A DNA stretch of 56,399 nucleotides from a bacterium (GCA_028717725.1 JAQUNG010000002.1:1-56399); one strand, 5' to 3'. Positions 46,379 to 54,279 are shown, numbered from the stretch's first letter. The notes: generated by a model not told the origin, from the letters alone. Numbers and translations are program-made.

Positions 46379-47566
46379 CTATTCCCTAACGCCAAGATAG
46401 GTGACATTTTCGCCGAATTTCTTTTTTGCCTGGGCAAAATCACATATGTCTTTATAAACATTTTCTATTTCGCTGATTTGCACGTCCCGGCCGCCCAAAC
46501 CGTAAACATAAGAATGTATTTTGGGTTTTCCGGCGCTGTCATAAAGGGCCGCTTTTGTTTCAACGGCAAGAGGACCTTCGAGCCCGCTCATAGCGTCGGA
46601 CCTGTCCATTATAGCCAGAGCTTTGAGCCCTGAAACAGCCCGGGCCAATTCATCAGCGGGGAAAGGCCTGAAAACACGCATTTTTATGAGACCAGCTTTC
46701 CTGCCCGTTTTTCGCATATTGTCCACCACAACTTTCGCCGTTCCCGCCAATGAGCCCATAGCCAGTATGGCTACCTCGGCATCTTCCATTTTATACGTAT
46801 CAAAAAACCCGTATTTTCTTCCGAACTTTTCTCCAAACTCTTCACAGCACTCTTTTATCACGCTTTTCGCATTGCGCATAGCATCAATGGCAACCATCTT
46901 GTGTTCGAAATAATAATCCTGCAGGTCAAGGCATCCGATCGTGATTTTTTTCTCGGGATTCAGAAGCCATGTCTGCGGCTTATATTTCCCGATATAATCT
47001 TTAACATCCCTATCGTCAATAAGATCCATATTTGCCATACAATGCGAAATGATAAAACCATCGGTCGAAACTATCATAGGAAGCCTGACTTTTTCCGCTA
47101 TCTTAATTCCCATCAACACGCTGTCATAAGCTTCCTGGGCATCTTCGCAATAAACCTGCATCCAGCCCGAATCCCTCACAAACATCGTGTCGGAATGGTC
47201 GCAGTGGATATTAATGGGAGCCGAAATAGTCCTGTTGACTTCCGGCATTACAATGGGGAGCCTCAACGCGCTGGCAATTGGAAGCATTTCGGCCATAAGC
47301 ATAAGCCCCTGACTTGAGGTAGCGGTCATACATCTGCCTCCCGCGGCGGCAGCCCCTATGGTAGCGCTCATTGCCGAATGTTCGCTCTCCACCGTAACAA
47401 ATTCGGTGTCTACCAGCCCGTCCGCAACAAACCCGGCAAATATCTGCGCAATCTCGGTCGCGGGCGTTATGGGATAAGCCGCGACAACGTCAGGATTAAT
47501 CTGGCGCATCGCTTCAGCCATCGCCTCATTTCCCGTCCGGGCTACCGTTAACTTTTTATCAGCCAT
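46379..47566 (-). CDS. porA: Pyruvate/2-oxoacid:ferredoxin oxidoreductase alpha subunit
   Basis: GNEA.AEA...AAYPITP N-terminus, about 395 aa, operon context. Confidence 0.9.
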   Translation of the reverse strand: MADKKLTVARTGNEAMAEAMRQINPDVVAAYPITPATEIAQIFAGFVADGLVDTEFVTVESEHSAMSATIGAAAAGGRCMTATSSQGLMLMAEMLPIASALRLPIVMPEVNRTISAPINIHCDHSDTMFVRDSGWMQVYCEDAQEAYDSVLMGIKIAEKVRLPMIVSTDGFIISHCMANMDLIDDRDVKDYIGKYKPQTWLLNPEKKITIGCLDLQDYYFEHKMVAIDAMRNAKSVIKECCEEFGEKFGRKYGFFDTYKMEDAEVAILAMGSLAGTAKVVVDNMRKTGRKAGLIKMRVFRPFPADELARAVSGLKALAIMDRSDAMSGLEGPLAVETKAALYDSAGKPKIHSYVYGLGGRDVQISEIENVYKDICDFAQAKKKFGENVTYLGVRE

Positions 47567-47586
47567 TTTTTTGCTCCTTGTTTGTG

Positions 47587-47919
47587 TTAAATATCATTTT
47601 TGAAATTTTTTTCATCTTCCATGGTTATCGGACGTTTGGAAATATCTTCTTTGCCTTTTGCTTTGTTTATTGGGCATTCGTTCGCGCATATCCCGCAGCC
47701 CTTACAGTGGTCATAGTCGTAACCGACAACTTTACCGTCTTCAACCAATATCGCCGCATCGGGGCAGACAACCCAGCATGTAAGGCAATGAATACAGTTT
47801 TCCCCGTGGAAAACCGGCCTTTGGCTTCTCCAGTCGCCGGTTTTAAACTCAGCGGATGTTCCTGCTTCTATGGAATCAGCGTCCGGAAGCTCTTTCCATC
47901 CCATTTTTCTCTTTTCCAT
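47587..47919 (-). CDS. porD: Pyruvate:ferredoxin oxidoreductase delta subunit (2x[4Fe-4S] ferredoxin)
   Basis: CIHCLTCWVVCP and CKGCGICANECP motifs. Confidence 0.85.
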   Translation of the reverse strand: MEKRKMGWKELPDADSIEAGTSAEFKTGDWRSQRPVFHGENCIHCLTCWVVCPDAAILVEDGKVVGYDYDHCKGCGICANECPINKAKGKEDISKRPITMEDEKNFKNDI

Positions 47920-48500
47920 CAGCTTTTAACCTCCTCATAAGCCCTTTTAATAGCTCTAATGTTTCCGTCAATCACTTCGGGCTTGCTTCTGAATTTTTTC
48001 TCGAGCTTTTTCTTCATATCCTCAAGAACATGCTCTATGTTAAGTTTGCCGTAAATTTTCACAAGGGCTCCAAGCATTGGGGTGTTGGGAATATCTCTCC
48101 CTATCTCCGCTTTTGAAATTCCCGACGCGTCCACCGTATAAATTTTTATGCCCATGCCTTTGATATTGAGTTCTTCCTCGATTTCGCCGGGAGCCTTTTC
48201 GGTATTGATTATTATGCTGTCGCCCTTATCCAATCCCTGAAAAACATCGACGGTTGCAATCAGCGTCGGATCGAGCACTACCACTATATCGGGATTCGTC
48301 ACCCCGCAATGCAGAGTAATCGGTTCAGGGCTTATCCTGTTAAACGACTGGACGGGAGCTCCCATCCTTTCCGGCCCATACTCCGGGAACGCCTGAATAT
48401 GCTGGCCAAGACTCATGGCGGCTTCGCCGAAAAGCAGAGCGGCGGTTTTAGCTCCCTGCCCGCCTCGTCCGTGCCATCTTATTTCAGTAAGGTTGTCCAT
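47919..48500 (-). CDS. porG: Pyruvate:ferredoxin oxidoreductase gamma subunit
   Basis: IRWHGRGGQGAKTAA signature. The stop overlaps the porD start. Confidence 0.9.
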   Translation of the reverse strand: MDNLTEIRWHGRGGQGAKTAALLFGEAAMSLGQHIQAFPEYGPERMGAPVQSFNRISPEPITLHCGVTNPDIVVVLDPTLIATVDVFQGLDKGDSIIINTEKAPGEIEEELNIKGMGIKIYTVDASGISKAEIGRDIPNTPMLGALVKIYGKLNIEHVLEDMKKKLEKKFRSKPEVIDGNIRAIKRAYEEVKS

Positions 48501-48552
48501 ATTAATCTCCTCGCAATTTTATTTTTAGCCTGACGGATTGTATCTGGTTTAC

Positions 48553-48584
48553 AGAAAAATACCCCGTAACGTTATCACGGGTTA
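48553..48584 (-). terminator. Candidate terminator after recR
   Basis: Minus strand: cccgtga-taacg-ttacggg followed by gtattttt. Confidence 0.45.
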
Positions 48585-48641
48585 ATTGTTTAGTCAAGTC
48601 CCTTCTTGTTTGATACCGGGCCGCATTTCGCCGCGGACAGG

Positions 48642-49241
48642 TTATATCTCGCGTCTTCCCTCAAGAGCCCTGGATATCGTCAATTTATCCGCGTAATCGA
48701 GTAATCCCCCGACGGGCAGACCGAAAGCTATCCTCGTCATCCTGATTTTAAGCGGCCTGATTTCTTCGGCGAGATAAACAGCCGTGGCTTCGCCGTCAAT
48801 ATCTGAATTGGTCGCAAGAATAATCTCTCCGAATTTTTCCTTCTTTATCCTGTCTAGAAGATGTTCAACAGTCAACTCTTCGGGACCTATCCCGTCAAGA
48901 GGAGAAATCTTTCCCTTAAGAACATGATAAAGTCCGTTATAATCCGAAGTCGCTTCGATCGAATATACTTCTTTCGGTTCCTCAACCACGCAAAGAATAT
49001 TTCTGTCTCTCGATCCGGAAGAACATATATCGCAAATATCTTCATCTGAAAAAGAATGGCACAAACCGCATTCTTTAACGGATGAACGGGCCTCGCGTAT
49101 CGCGTCCGCGAGAGCAAGCGCTTCTTTTGCATCCCTTTTAAGCATATCGAGCGCTATTCTCTCGGCGCTTCTTTTGCCGATTCCGGGAAACTTCTGAAGC
49201 TCCGAAATCAGCCTTTCAATAGATTTAGGATAACCTGGCAT
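48642..49241 (-). CDS. recR: Recombination protein RecR
   Basis: HhH (FPGIGKRSAERIA), C4 zinc finger (CGLC...CDIC), Toprim region. Confidence 0.95.
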   Translation of the reverse strand: MPGYPKSIERLISELQKFPGIGKRSAERIALDMLKRDAKEALALADAIREARSSVKECGLCHSFSDEDICDICSSGSRDRNILCVVEEPKEVYSIEATSDYNGLYHVLKGKISPLDGIGPEELTVEHLLDRIKKEKFGEIILATNSDIDGEATAVYLAEEIRPLKIRMTRIAFGLPVGGLLDYADKLTISRALEGRREI

Positions 49242-49275
49242 AATTCCGCTGTGCTGCCTTATACAATTTATTTTA

Positions 49276-49590
49276 TTACATCAAACCGGGGACACCGCCG
49301 ATTGGACCGGAAACTTTTCCCATAACCTCTTCGGAAGCTTTTTTGGCTTTATCCTGCGCGTCACGCAAAGAGGCAAGCACAAGGTCCTCCAGCATATCCG
49401 CGTCAATATCTTTTAAAACTTCTGGTTTTATTTTTATATCCTGCACCCTGAGTTCGCCGTTACAAACCGTTTTGACGGCTCCTCCGCCGGCGGTTCCCTC
49501 AACGGTCAGCTCCGACAATTTTTTTTGCGCCTCAAGCATATCTTCCTGAAGTTTTTTCGCCTGCTTCATCAATTTTCCAAAATTAACCAT
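49276..49590 (-). CDS. ybaB: YbaB/EbfC nucleoid-associated protein
   Basis: MKQAKKLQEDM..AQ..L family pattern in the dnaX-ybaB-recR context. Confidence 0.9.
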   Translation of the reverse strand: MVNFGKLMKQAKKLQEDMLEAQKKLSELTVEGTAGGGAVKTVCNGELRVQDIKIKPEVLKDIDADMLEDLVLASLRDAQDKAKKASEEVMGKVSGPIGGVPGLM

Positions 49591-51249
49591 TTATTTATCC
49601 CTCCCGAGCTTAACATCCGTTACCTGCGCATTAAAAATATCTAAAATACGGTTAACATGAGGGTCCTTTTTAAAATCCTGCAAAATACCGTTAGCGACCC
49701 CGCCGGATTTCTCTATCCCGGCATTTTCCGTTTTGCCGTTAAAATCAAACGCCACGGAAACCGGCGCTCCCAATCTCATCCCGAACTGCCTCTCGATAAT
49801 TTTAATGTTTTCCGGGGTTTTAAGCGCGTCTAAATGCACTTTCTGGAAATCTTCATCAAAACTTATTACGAGATTTTCGCCGTCGAAACTCAGAGGTCTG
49901 CCTTCCACAAGATACGCCTTTAAAATAGGCCTCATGCGGTTTATCCCGGCAATGGTTTCATGCCATATGTTTTTAACCTGCTTAAGATTATCCTCGCTTA
50001 GCGTGTTTTTAATATACTCGGCGGAGGGTTCTTTCAAAGATTGTGTTTTATCATCGGGTTGTTGGTTTTTTTTTTCGCGTCCCGCGTCTGCGCCGGCCGG
50101 ATCGTCAAGCCTCTTTTTAAGGTTTTCGAGTTTTTGTATAAGTTCGTCAATGGAAATCCGTTGTTTGATTTTTACCAGCTCCAGCATTTTAACTTCCAGA
50201 AACGTTTTGACGGAAAGAGCGCCGCTTATACCGGATTCGGCGTCGATTAACAATGCTATGATATCGCTTAACGCGTTTATACCCAACCTGTCAGATACGG
50301 AACGGATAACAGCCTCTTCTTCCCGCCCGATACCAAGTTCATCCGCGCCCAGCGCGGAAACTTTTATCATAAGCGCCGTCCGGAAATATTCTATAAGTCC
50401 TCCCAAAAATGTCCCGGGGTCTTTCCCCTCCTCAAAAACTTTTTCAACCACTTTCAGGACTTCGGATGTTTTCCCCTCAACAACTGCTTTCGCGGCCTTA
50501 TCAATCAAATCTTTTTCCACAACCCCCAGCATAGACACAACATCCTGTTCTTTAATATCGGAGTCGGTAAACGAAACTATCTGATCCAGAATAGATTCGG
50601 CGTCTCTCATACTGCCATCCGCGAATCTGGCAATCATAAGCAGGGCGCCTTTTTCCGCTTTTATTTTGTCGTTTTTTACTATCTGATCCAATTTATCGGC
50701 AATGATATTCACGGGGATTTTTCTGAAATCAAGGCGCTGGCAGCGTGAACGTATGGTAAGGGGAACTTTAAGCGGTTCAGTTGTGGCGAAGAAAAATTTG
50801 ACGTGGGGGGGCGGTTCCTCAAGAGTTTTAAGAAGAGCGTTAAACCCTTCTTTGGTTACCATATGGACTTCGTCGATAATATACACCTTGTATTTGCCTT
50901 TTGCGGGCATATACTGGACGGTTTCGCGGATACCCCTTATATCGTCAACCCTGTTATTCGAGGCGCCGTCGATTTCTATAACATCCATACTGCTGCCGGA
51001 CGTTATCTCCAGACAACTCGGACACTTGCCGCACGGCTCAGCATCTTTTGGCTGACTGCAATTCAAAACTTTGGCGAATATCCTCGCTGTGCTTGTTTTC
51101 CCGATACCGCGGGGACCCGAAAGAAGATACGCATGCGCTATCCTGTCGTATTTTATGGCGTTTTTCAGCGTTTTAACTATATGTTCCTGCCCCGCGATTT
51201 CATCGAATTTCTGCGGGCGCCATTTTCTCGCAAAAACTAAATAACTCAT
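49591..51249 (-). CDS. dnaX: DNA polymerase III subunit gamma/tau
   Basis: FARKWRPQ.F, GPRGIGKTS, zinc module C..C..C.SC, DEVHM, SRC motifs. Confidence 0.95.
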   Translation of the reverse strand: MSYLVFARKWRPQKFDEIAGQEHIVKTLKNAIKYDRIAHAYLLSGPRGIGKTSTARIFAKVLNCSQPKDAEPCGKCPSCLEITSGSSMDVIEIDGASNNRVDDIRGIRETVQYMPAKGKYKVYIIDEVHMVTKEGFNALLKTLEEPPPHVKFFFATTEPLKVPLTIRSRCQRLDFRKIPVNIIADKLDQIVKNDKIKAEKGALLMIARFADGSMRDAESILDQIVSFTDSDIKEQDVVSMLGVVEKDLIDKAAKAVVEGKTSEVLKVVEKVFEEGKDPGTFLGGLIEYFRTALMIKVSALGADELGIGREEEAVIRSVSDRLGINALSDIIALLIDAESGISGALSVKTFLEVKMLELVKIKQRISIDELIQKLENLKKRLDDPAGADAGREKKNQQPDDKTQSLKEPSAEYIKNTLSEDNLKQVKNIWHETIAGINRMRPILKAYLVEGRPLSFDGENLVISFDEDFQKVHLDALKTPENIKIIERQFGMRLGAPVSVAFDFNGKTENAGIEKSGGVANGILQDFKKDPHVNRILDIFNAQVTDVKLGRDK

Positions 51250-51274
51250 TTTTCACCTTAAAATATTTTATAAA

Positions 51275-51542
51275 GCCGTGCACCCGGCATTGAGATCTGA
51301 CAGAGCCCCGTTCATAGCTCTCTCACTCCGGTCAGGCAAACCCGCGACACAGTCAAAATCCTGTTTACCGCTGCTTCCTTCCGGACCTGACGGGGTTCAC
51401 AGGCATGCCTTCCGCAGGACCCGACCTTCACAGATCAAGAAACTATTTCAAAGGTATCCGCCGAAACCCTCAACCAGGAATTAAACCCTGCTAAAGCGGG
51501 TTGCAGGTTACAGGGCACCGCTACCTCCCCGTCTAGCACGGC
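51275..51542 (-). ncRNA. ffs: Signal recognition particle RNA, long (Bacillus-type, with Alu-like domain)
   Basis: The minus strand contains GUCAGGUCCGGAAGGAAGCAGC (domain IV). The 5' GUGCUAGACGGGGAGGUAGCGGUGCCCUGUAACCUGCAACCCGCUUUAGCAGGG is close to B. subtilis scRNA. Terminal helix gccgugc/gcacggc, immediately upstream of dnaX. Confidence 0.9.
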
Positions 51543-51588
51543 AAATTTCAATTTCAAAGAAATAATATTTTCGATTATATCATATTCA

Positions 51589-51665
51589 TGGCGCGCCCGA
51601 GAGGATTCGAACCCCTAACCTTCTGGTCCGTAGCCAGACACTCTATCCAATTGAGCTACGGGCGC
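51589..51665 (-). tRNA. tRNA-Arg (anticodon ACG)
   Basis: Reverse complement GCGCCCGTAGCTCAATTGGATAGAGTGTCTGGCTACGGACCAGAAGGTTAGGGGTTCGAATCCTCTCGGGCGCGCCA folds as a cloverleaf with a CT-ACG-GA anticodon loop. CCA is encoded. Confidence 0.9.
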
Positions 51666-51744
51666 AATCCAAAACATTTGTTGTCAAAGAAACAGCAAGT
51701 TCTATCAAACCCTCAATATTTCACCCTATGTTTACCCGCCAACG

Positions 51745-51943
51745 CTTTGTTTTACAAAGTAAAACAGTGGGGGGCGAAACTTATAATAAAGAACCCTACC
51801 TCCGCGTATTGATTTGCAAAGCAAATCAGCGTGGGGAAACCCGCAAAGCATCAGTTGTTCAGTTCAACAGTTCAGTAGTTCAACGGTTTTTAAAGCTTAA
51901 TATCTTTTACCGTTTAACTGCTAATCTGCTCAACTGCTGAATT
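51745..51943 (+). repeat. Diverged third copy of the about 200-bp hairpin/TATAAT/hairpin/octamer unit
   Basis: Hairpin ctttgt-ttt-acaaag, aaaacagtgggg, TATAAT (51782-51787), hairpin tgatttgc-aaa-gcaaatca (51810-51828), cgtgggga. Then AGTTGTTC AGTTCAAC AGTTCAGT AGTTCAAC ... GTTTAACT GCTAATCT GCTCAACT GCTGAATT. Collinear with the units at 55455-55854. Confidence 0.55.
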
Positions 51944-52060
51944 TAATGCTTTTCGGAACCCAAAAGCGCTTTAGGGTAACATAACCATAATAAAAAAATC
52001 AAGCCAGTATTATTTATACTCTAAATTTAATGTTACAAAGCTTTCCAAGCCGACAGCTCC

Positions 52061-52089
52061 TTGACAGAAATTAAATCTGAACGTATATT
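52061..52089 (+). promoter_or_regulatory. Consensus sigma-70-type promoter (TTGACA-17-TATATT)
   Basis: Seen directly. Same hexamers as the promoter at 21077. Confidence 0.5.
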
Positions 52090-52127
52090 ATGTAACCGAT
52101 TACATAAGCGTTAACGGTTTTAGGCGC

Positions 52128-52155
52128 TTGACAATATAAAAAATAACATTATATT
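52128..52155 (+). promoter_or_regulatory. Second sigma-70-type promoter (TTGACA-16-TATATT)
   Basis: Seen directly. A third weaker box TTGATA-17-TATTAA lies at 52179-52207. Confidence 0.45.
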
Positions 52156-52206
52156 TACCCTTGAATCAGCGAAACGTGTTGATAAAACTTCTTGTTCTTT
52201 ATATTA

Positions 52207-52356
52207 ATGGCTATGGTTCTGCCTGTCGCGACAGATTTATATCAGGGATATATGCAGCAATCCCCAGAATAATCCCTCGTTCTATCTGTCTTCTCCTGAC
52301 CGGTCTGGGGCTGTATGGGAAACCAACTCTCCTTTAAGAAGCATAGCCATATTTTT
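52207..52356 (+). ncRNA. Candidate structured small RNA (unclassified)
   Basis: A 9-bp closing helix auggcuaug/cauagccau encloses about 126 nt with internal helices (cugucg/cgacag, ccccaga/ucugggg). Two CU-rich anti-SD-like motifs (UUCUCCUG, CUCUCCUU). Followed by AUUUUU, downstream of tandem promoters. Confidence 0.25.
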
Positions 52357-52426
52357 ACTCTCGATTGACGAGATATTTTTTACTTGGATTTCGCGGACTG
52401 TTTTATATAATATTTGCAGGTGTATT

Positions 52427-52567
52427 ATGAAATCGAAAGTTTTATATATTCTTTTCCTTGTTGCGTTTATTTCGGCAGTATTCCTGTGCGCTTTTTCCCT
52501 AAAAGAGAAAATAATTAACACTCAAAACTTCGTGTCTTTCCAAATGGAACTCCTTAAAGCCAAATAA
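52427..52567 (+). CDS. Possible 46-aa small membrane/secreted peptide
   Basis: My own translation: MKSKVLYILFLVAFISAVFLCAFSLKEKIINTQNFVSFQMELLKAK. Weak RBS. Confidence 0.25.
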   Translation: MKSKVLYILFLVAFISAVFLCAFSLKEKIINTQNFVSFQMELLKAK

Positions 52568-52623
52568 AAATCTTTAAAACTCTTCTACATTTTCGGTTTT
52601 ATTTTTTGTATAATTCTTTGCCT

Positions 52624-53082
52624 ATGACATTAATAAAACCGGATTATATGGCTGAAGCCGTCAAAGAAGCTGTAAAGGCTTTTGATAAGGGAGAGGTGCC
52701 CGTCGGCGCCGTAATAATAAACAAAGACGGGAGCCTGATTGCAAGAGCGCATAACCAGTCTGAGACATTAAAAGACGCGACTGCCCACGCTGAGATGATA
52801 GCAATTACACAGGCCTCAAACGCAACAGGCGACTGGAGGCTGGATGACTGCATTATGTATGTCACCAAAGAACCGTGCACGATGTGCGCAGGTGCCATTT
52901 TTTTATCAAGAATTAAGAAGATTATATACGGATGCCCGGAAAAAAGGTGCGGTGGGCTCATCCAGCTTATTAAAACAGGGAAATTCCCGGAAATCGAAAC
53001 TTCTCTTGAAATAGAATTTCAGGAAAACCGCGTCTGCGCGGAAATACTGGAAGCGTTCTTTGAGAAATTGAGGGGGAAATAG
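52624..53082 (+). CDS. tadA: tRNA-specific adenosine(34) deaminase
   Basis: HAEM (ATAHAEMIAI) and PCTMCAGAI zinc motifs. The ATG at 52624 is preferred over the upstream TTG. Confidence 0.9.
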   Translation: MTLIKPDYMAEAVKEAVKAFDKGEVPVGAVIINKDGSLIARAHNQSETLKDATAHAEMIAITQASNATGDWRLDDCIMYVTKEPCTMCAGAIFLSRIKKIIYGCPEKRCGGLIQLIKTGKFPEIETSLEIEFQENRVCAEILEAFFEKLRGK

Positions 53083-53168
53083 TTATCGAGTTATTGAGCT
53101 ATTTAGTTATTTAGTTCAGGATCTTGATCTTTAACTCAGTAACTTAGTAACCTATTATCTTAATAACT
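53081..53168. repeat. Phased-octamer palindrome (five AGTT octamers / five AACT octamers), copy D
   Basis: AGTTATCG AGTTATTG AGCTATTT AGTTATTT AGTTCAGG -12 nt- AACTCAGT AACTTAGT AACCTATT ATCTTAAT AACT, strictly 8-bp phased. It starts within the tadA stop codon and ends 10 nt before tRNA-Ser. Confidence 0.6.
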
Positions 53169-53178
53169 GTTTTACCGT

Positions 53179-53267
53179 GGAGAGGTGGCAGAGCGGCTGA
53201 TTGTGGCGGTCTCGAAAACCGTTGTTCCCTTTGGGAACCGAGGGTTCAAATCCCTCCCTCTCCGCCA
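53179..53267 (+). tRNA. tRNA-Ser (anticodon CGA)
   Basis: GGAGAGGTGGCAGAGCGG...GGCGGTCTCGAAAACCGTT...long variable arm GTTCCCTTTGGGAAC...GGTTCAAATCCCTCCCTCTCCGCCA. Confidence 0.9.
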
Positions 53268-53288
53268 GTATCCACCACAGGTGGATAC
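53268..53288 (+). other. Hairpin directly after tRNA-Ser (processing/termination signal?)
   Basis: gtatccac-cacag-gtggatac, with no U tract. Confidence 0.35.
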
Positions 53289-53433
53289 AGAGCAATTGAG
53301 CAATAGAAAATAGCGCATTAGACAAAATAAAAACTCAATTGTGGTCCCCGCCTACCGGCAGGCAGGTATTTTCGATTTTCTATTCTCAGTATTTTAATTC
53401 TTTCCGGCGGCACGGTAGAAACAAAGGAATAAA

Positions 53434-53847
53434 ATGAATGACAAATGCAAAAATTGCAGTGAATATAAAAGGTGCAAAGACAGCTTTGCATCGTGGATAT
53501 TTTTTATCATCGGATTAATCGCGACAATCGCCATGCGCCTTGTAACGGTATTCATACATCTTAACCCCCTGTACGGCAAGCTGGCATGGTATGTGGGCGT
53601 AGGCGGCTTTTTTATCTTCTTTGCTTATAAGTTCAGGGTAAACAAAACGCGCGGGGAACTACTGGAAAAAAATAACTTAATAGAAAAACTCCGCAATAAA
53701 GAAACTCTTTCAAACGAAGACTCTCAACTAATAAGTTCTGTATTGTGCGGCATTAGATCCGCTAAAGAACAGATAAACTATTTTGTTATATTCATTCTTT
53801 CGGCAGTCGTCCTGGCGGTAGCCGTATATCTTGATTTCATCAGGTAA
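53434..53847 (+). CDS. Hypothetical membrane protein with N-terminal CxxC..C motif
   Basis: CKNCSEYKRC followed by three hydrophobic helices. Confidence 0.6.
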   Translation: MNDKCKNCSEYKRCKDSFASWIFFIIGLIATIAMRLVTVFIHLNPLYGKLAWYVGVGGFFIFFAYKFRVNKTRGELLEKNNLIEKLRNKETLSNEDSQLISSVLCGIRSAKEQINYFVIFILSAVVLAVAVYLDFIR

Positions 53848-53851
53848 GAAC

Positions 53852-54157
53852 CTAATCTTCATCCGTAATACCGTACCCGGGGGCGGGGGAATTGTAAGGC
53901 CGGGGACCGTCATTTATATCCGCTGAGGACGGCTGGTTAACCGGGCTTGACTCCCCAAAAGGAGCGGCATCCAGACCTTTTTCTACAGAGGGAGTATCAG
54001 GCTGGTTATAAGACCCGAATGCTTTGGGACCCGATCCCTCGGGCGCAGAGGTCCCCTGCAGAGAATGGTCATACATCATCGTCTCCCAGTCTTCCGAAAA
54101 AGCCGCGCAGGAGAGAATAAAAGCAAACACCGTAAAAAATAAAATAAACTTGCCCAT
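53852..54157 (-). CDS. Small secreted Pro/Gly/Ser-rich hypothetical protein
   Basis: Signal peptide MGKFILFFTVFAFILSCAAFS, low-complexity mature region. Confidence 0.5.
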   Translation of the reverse strand: MGKFILFFTVFAFILSCAAFSEDWETMMYDHSLQGTSAPEGSGPKAFGSYNQPDTPSVEKGLDAAPFGESSPVNQPSSADINDGPRPYNSPAPGYGITDED

Positions 54158-54279
54158 ATTTATATTCTACCAGAATTTAGAAAATCTGCGTGAAAATTAT
54201 AAAACTTTTTACTTGTAAGAATCCCAAACAAAAAATAGAATTGTATAGTTACATATTTATGTTTATGGGGGGAAGGGAA

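Noticed and set aside
49733-50584. 283-aa plus-strand ORF
   Set aside because: It is antisense to dnaX. The Ser-rich low-complexity translation is typical of the reverse frame of a K/E-rich gene.
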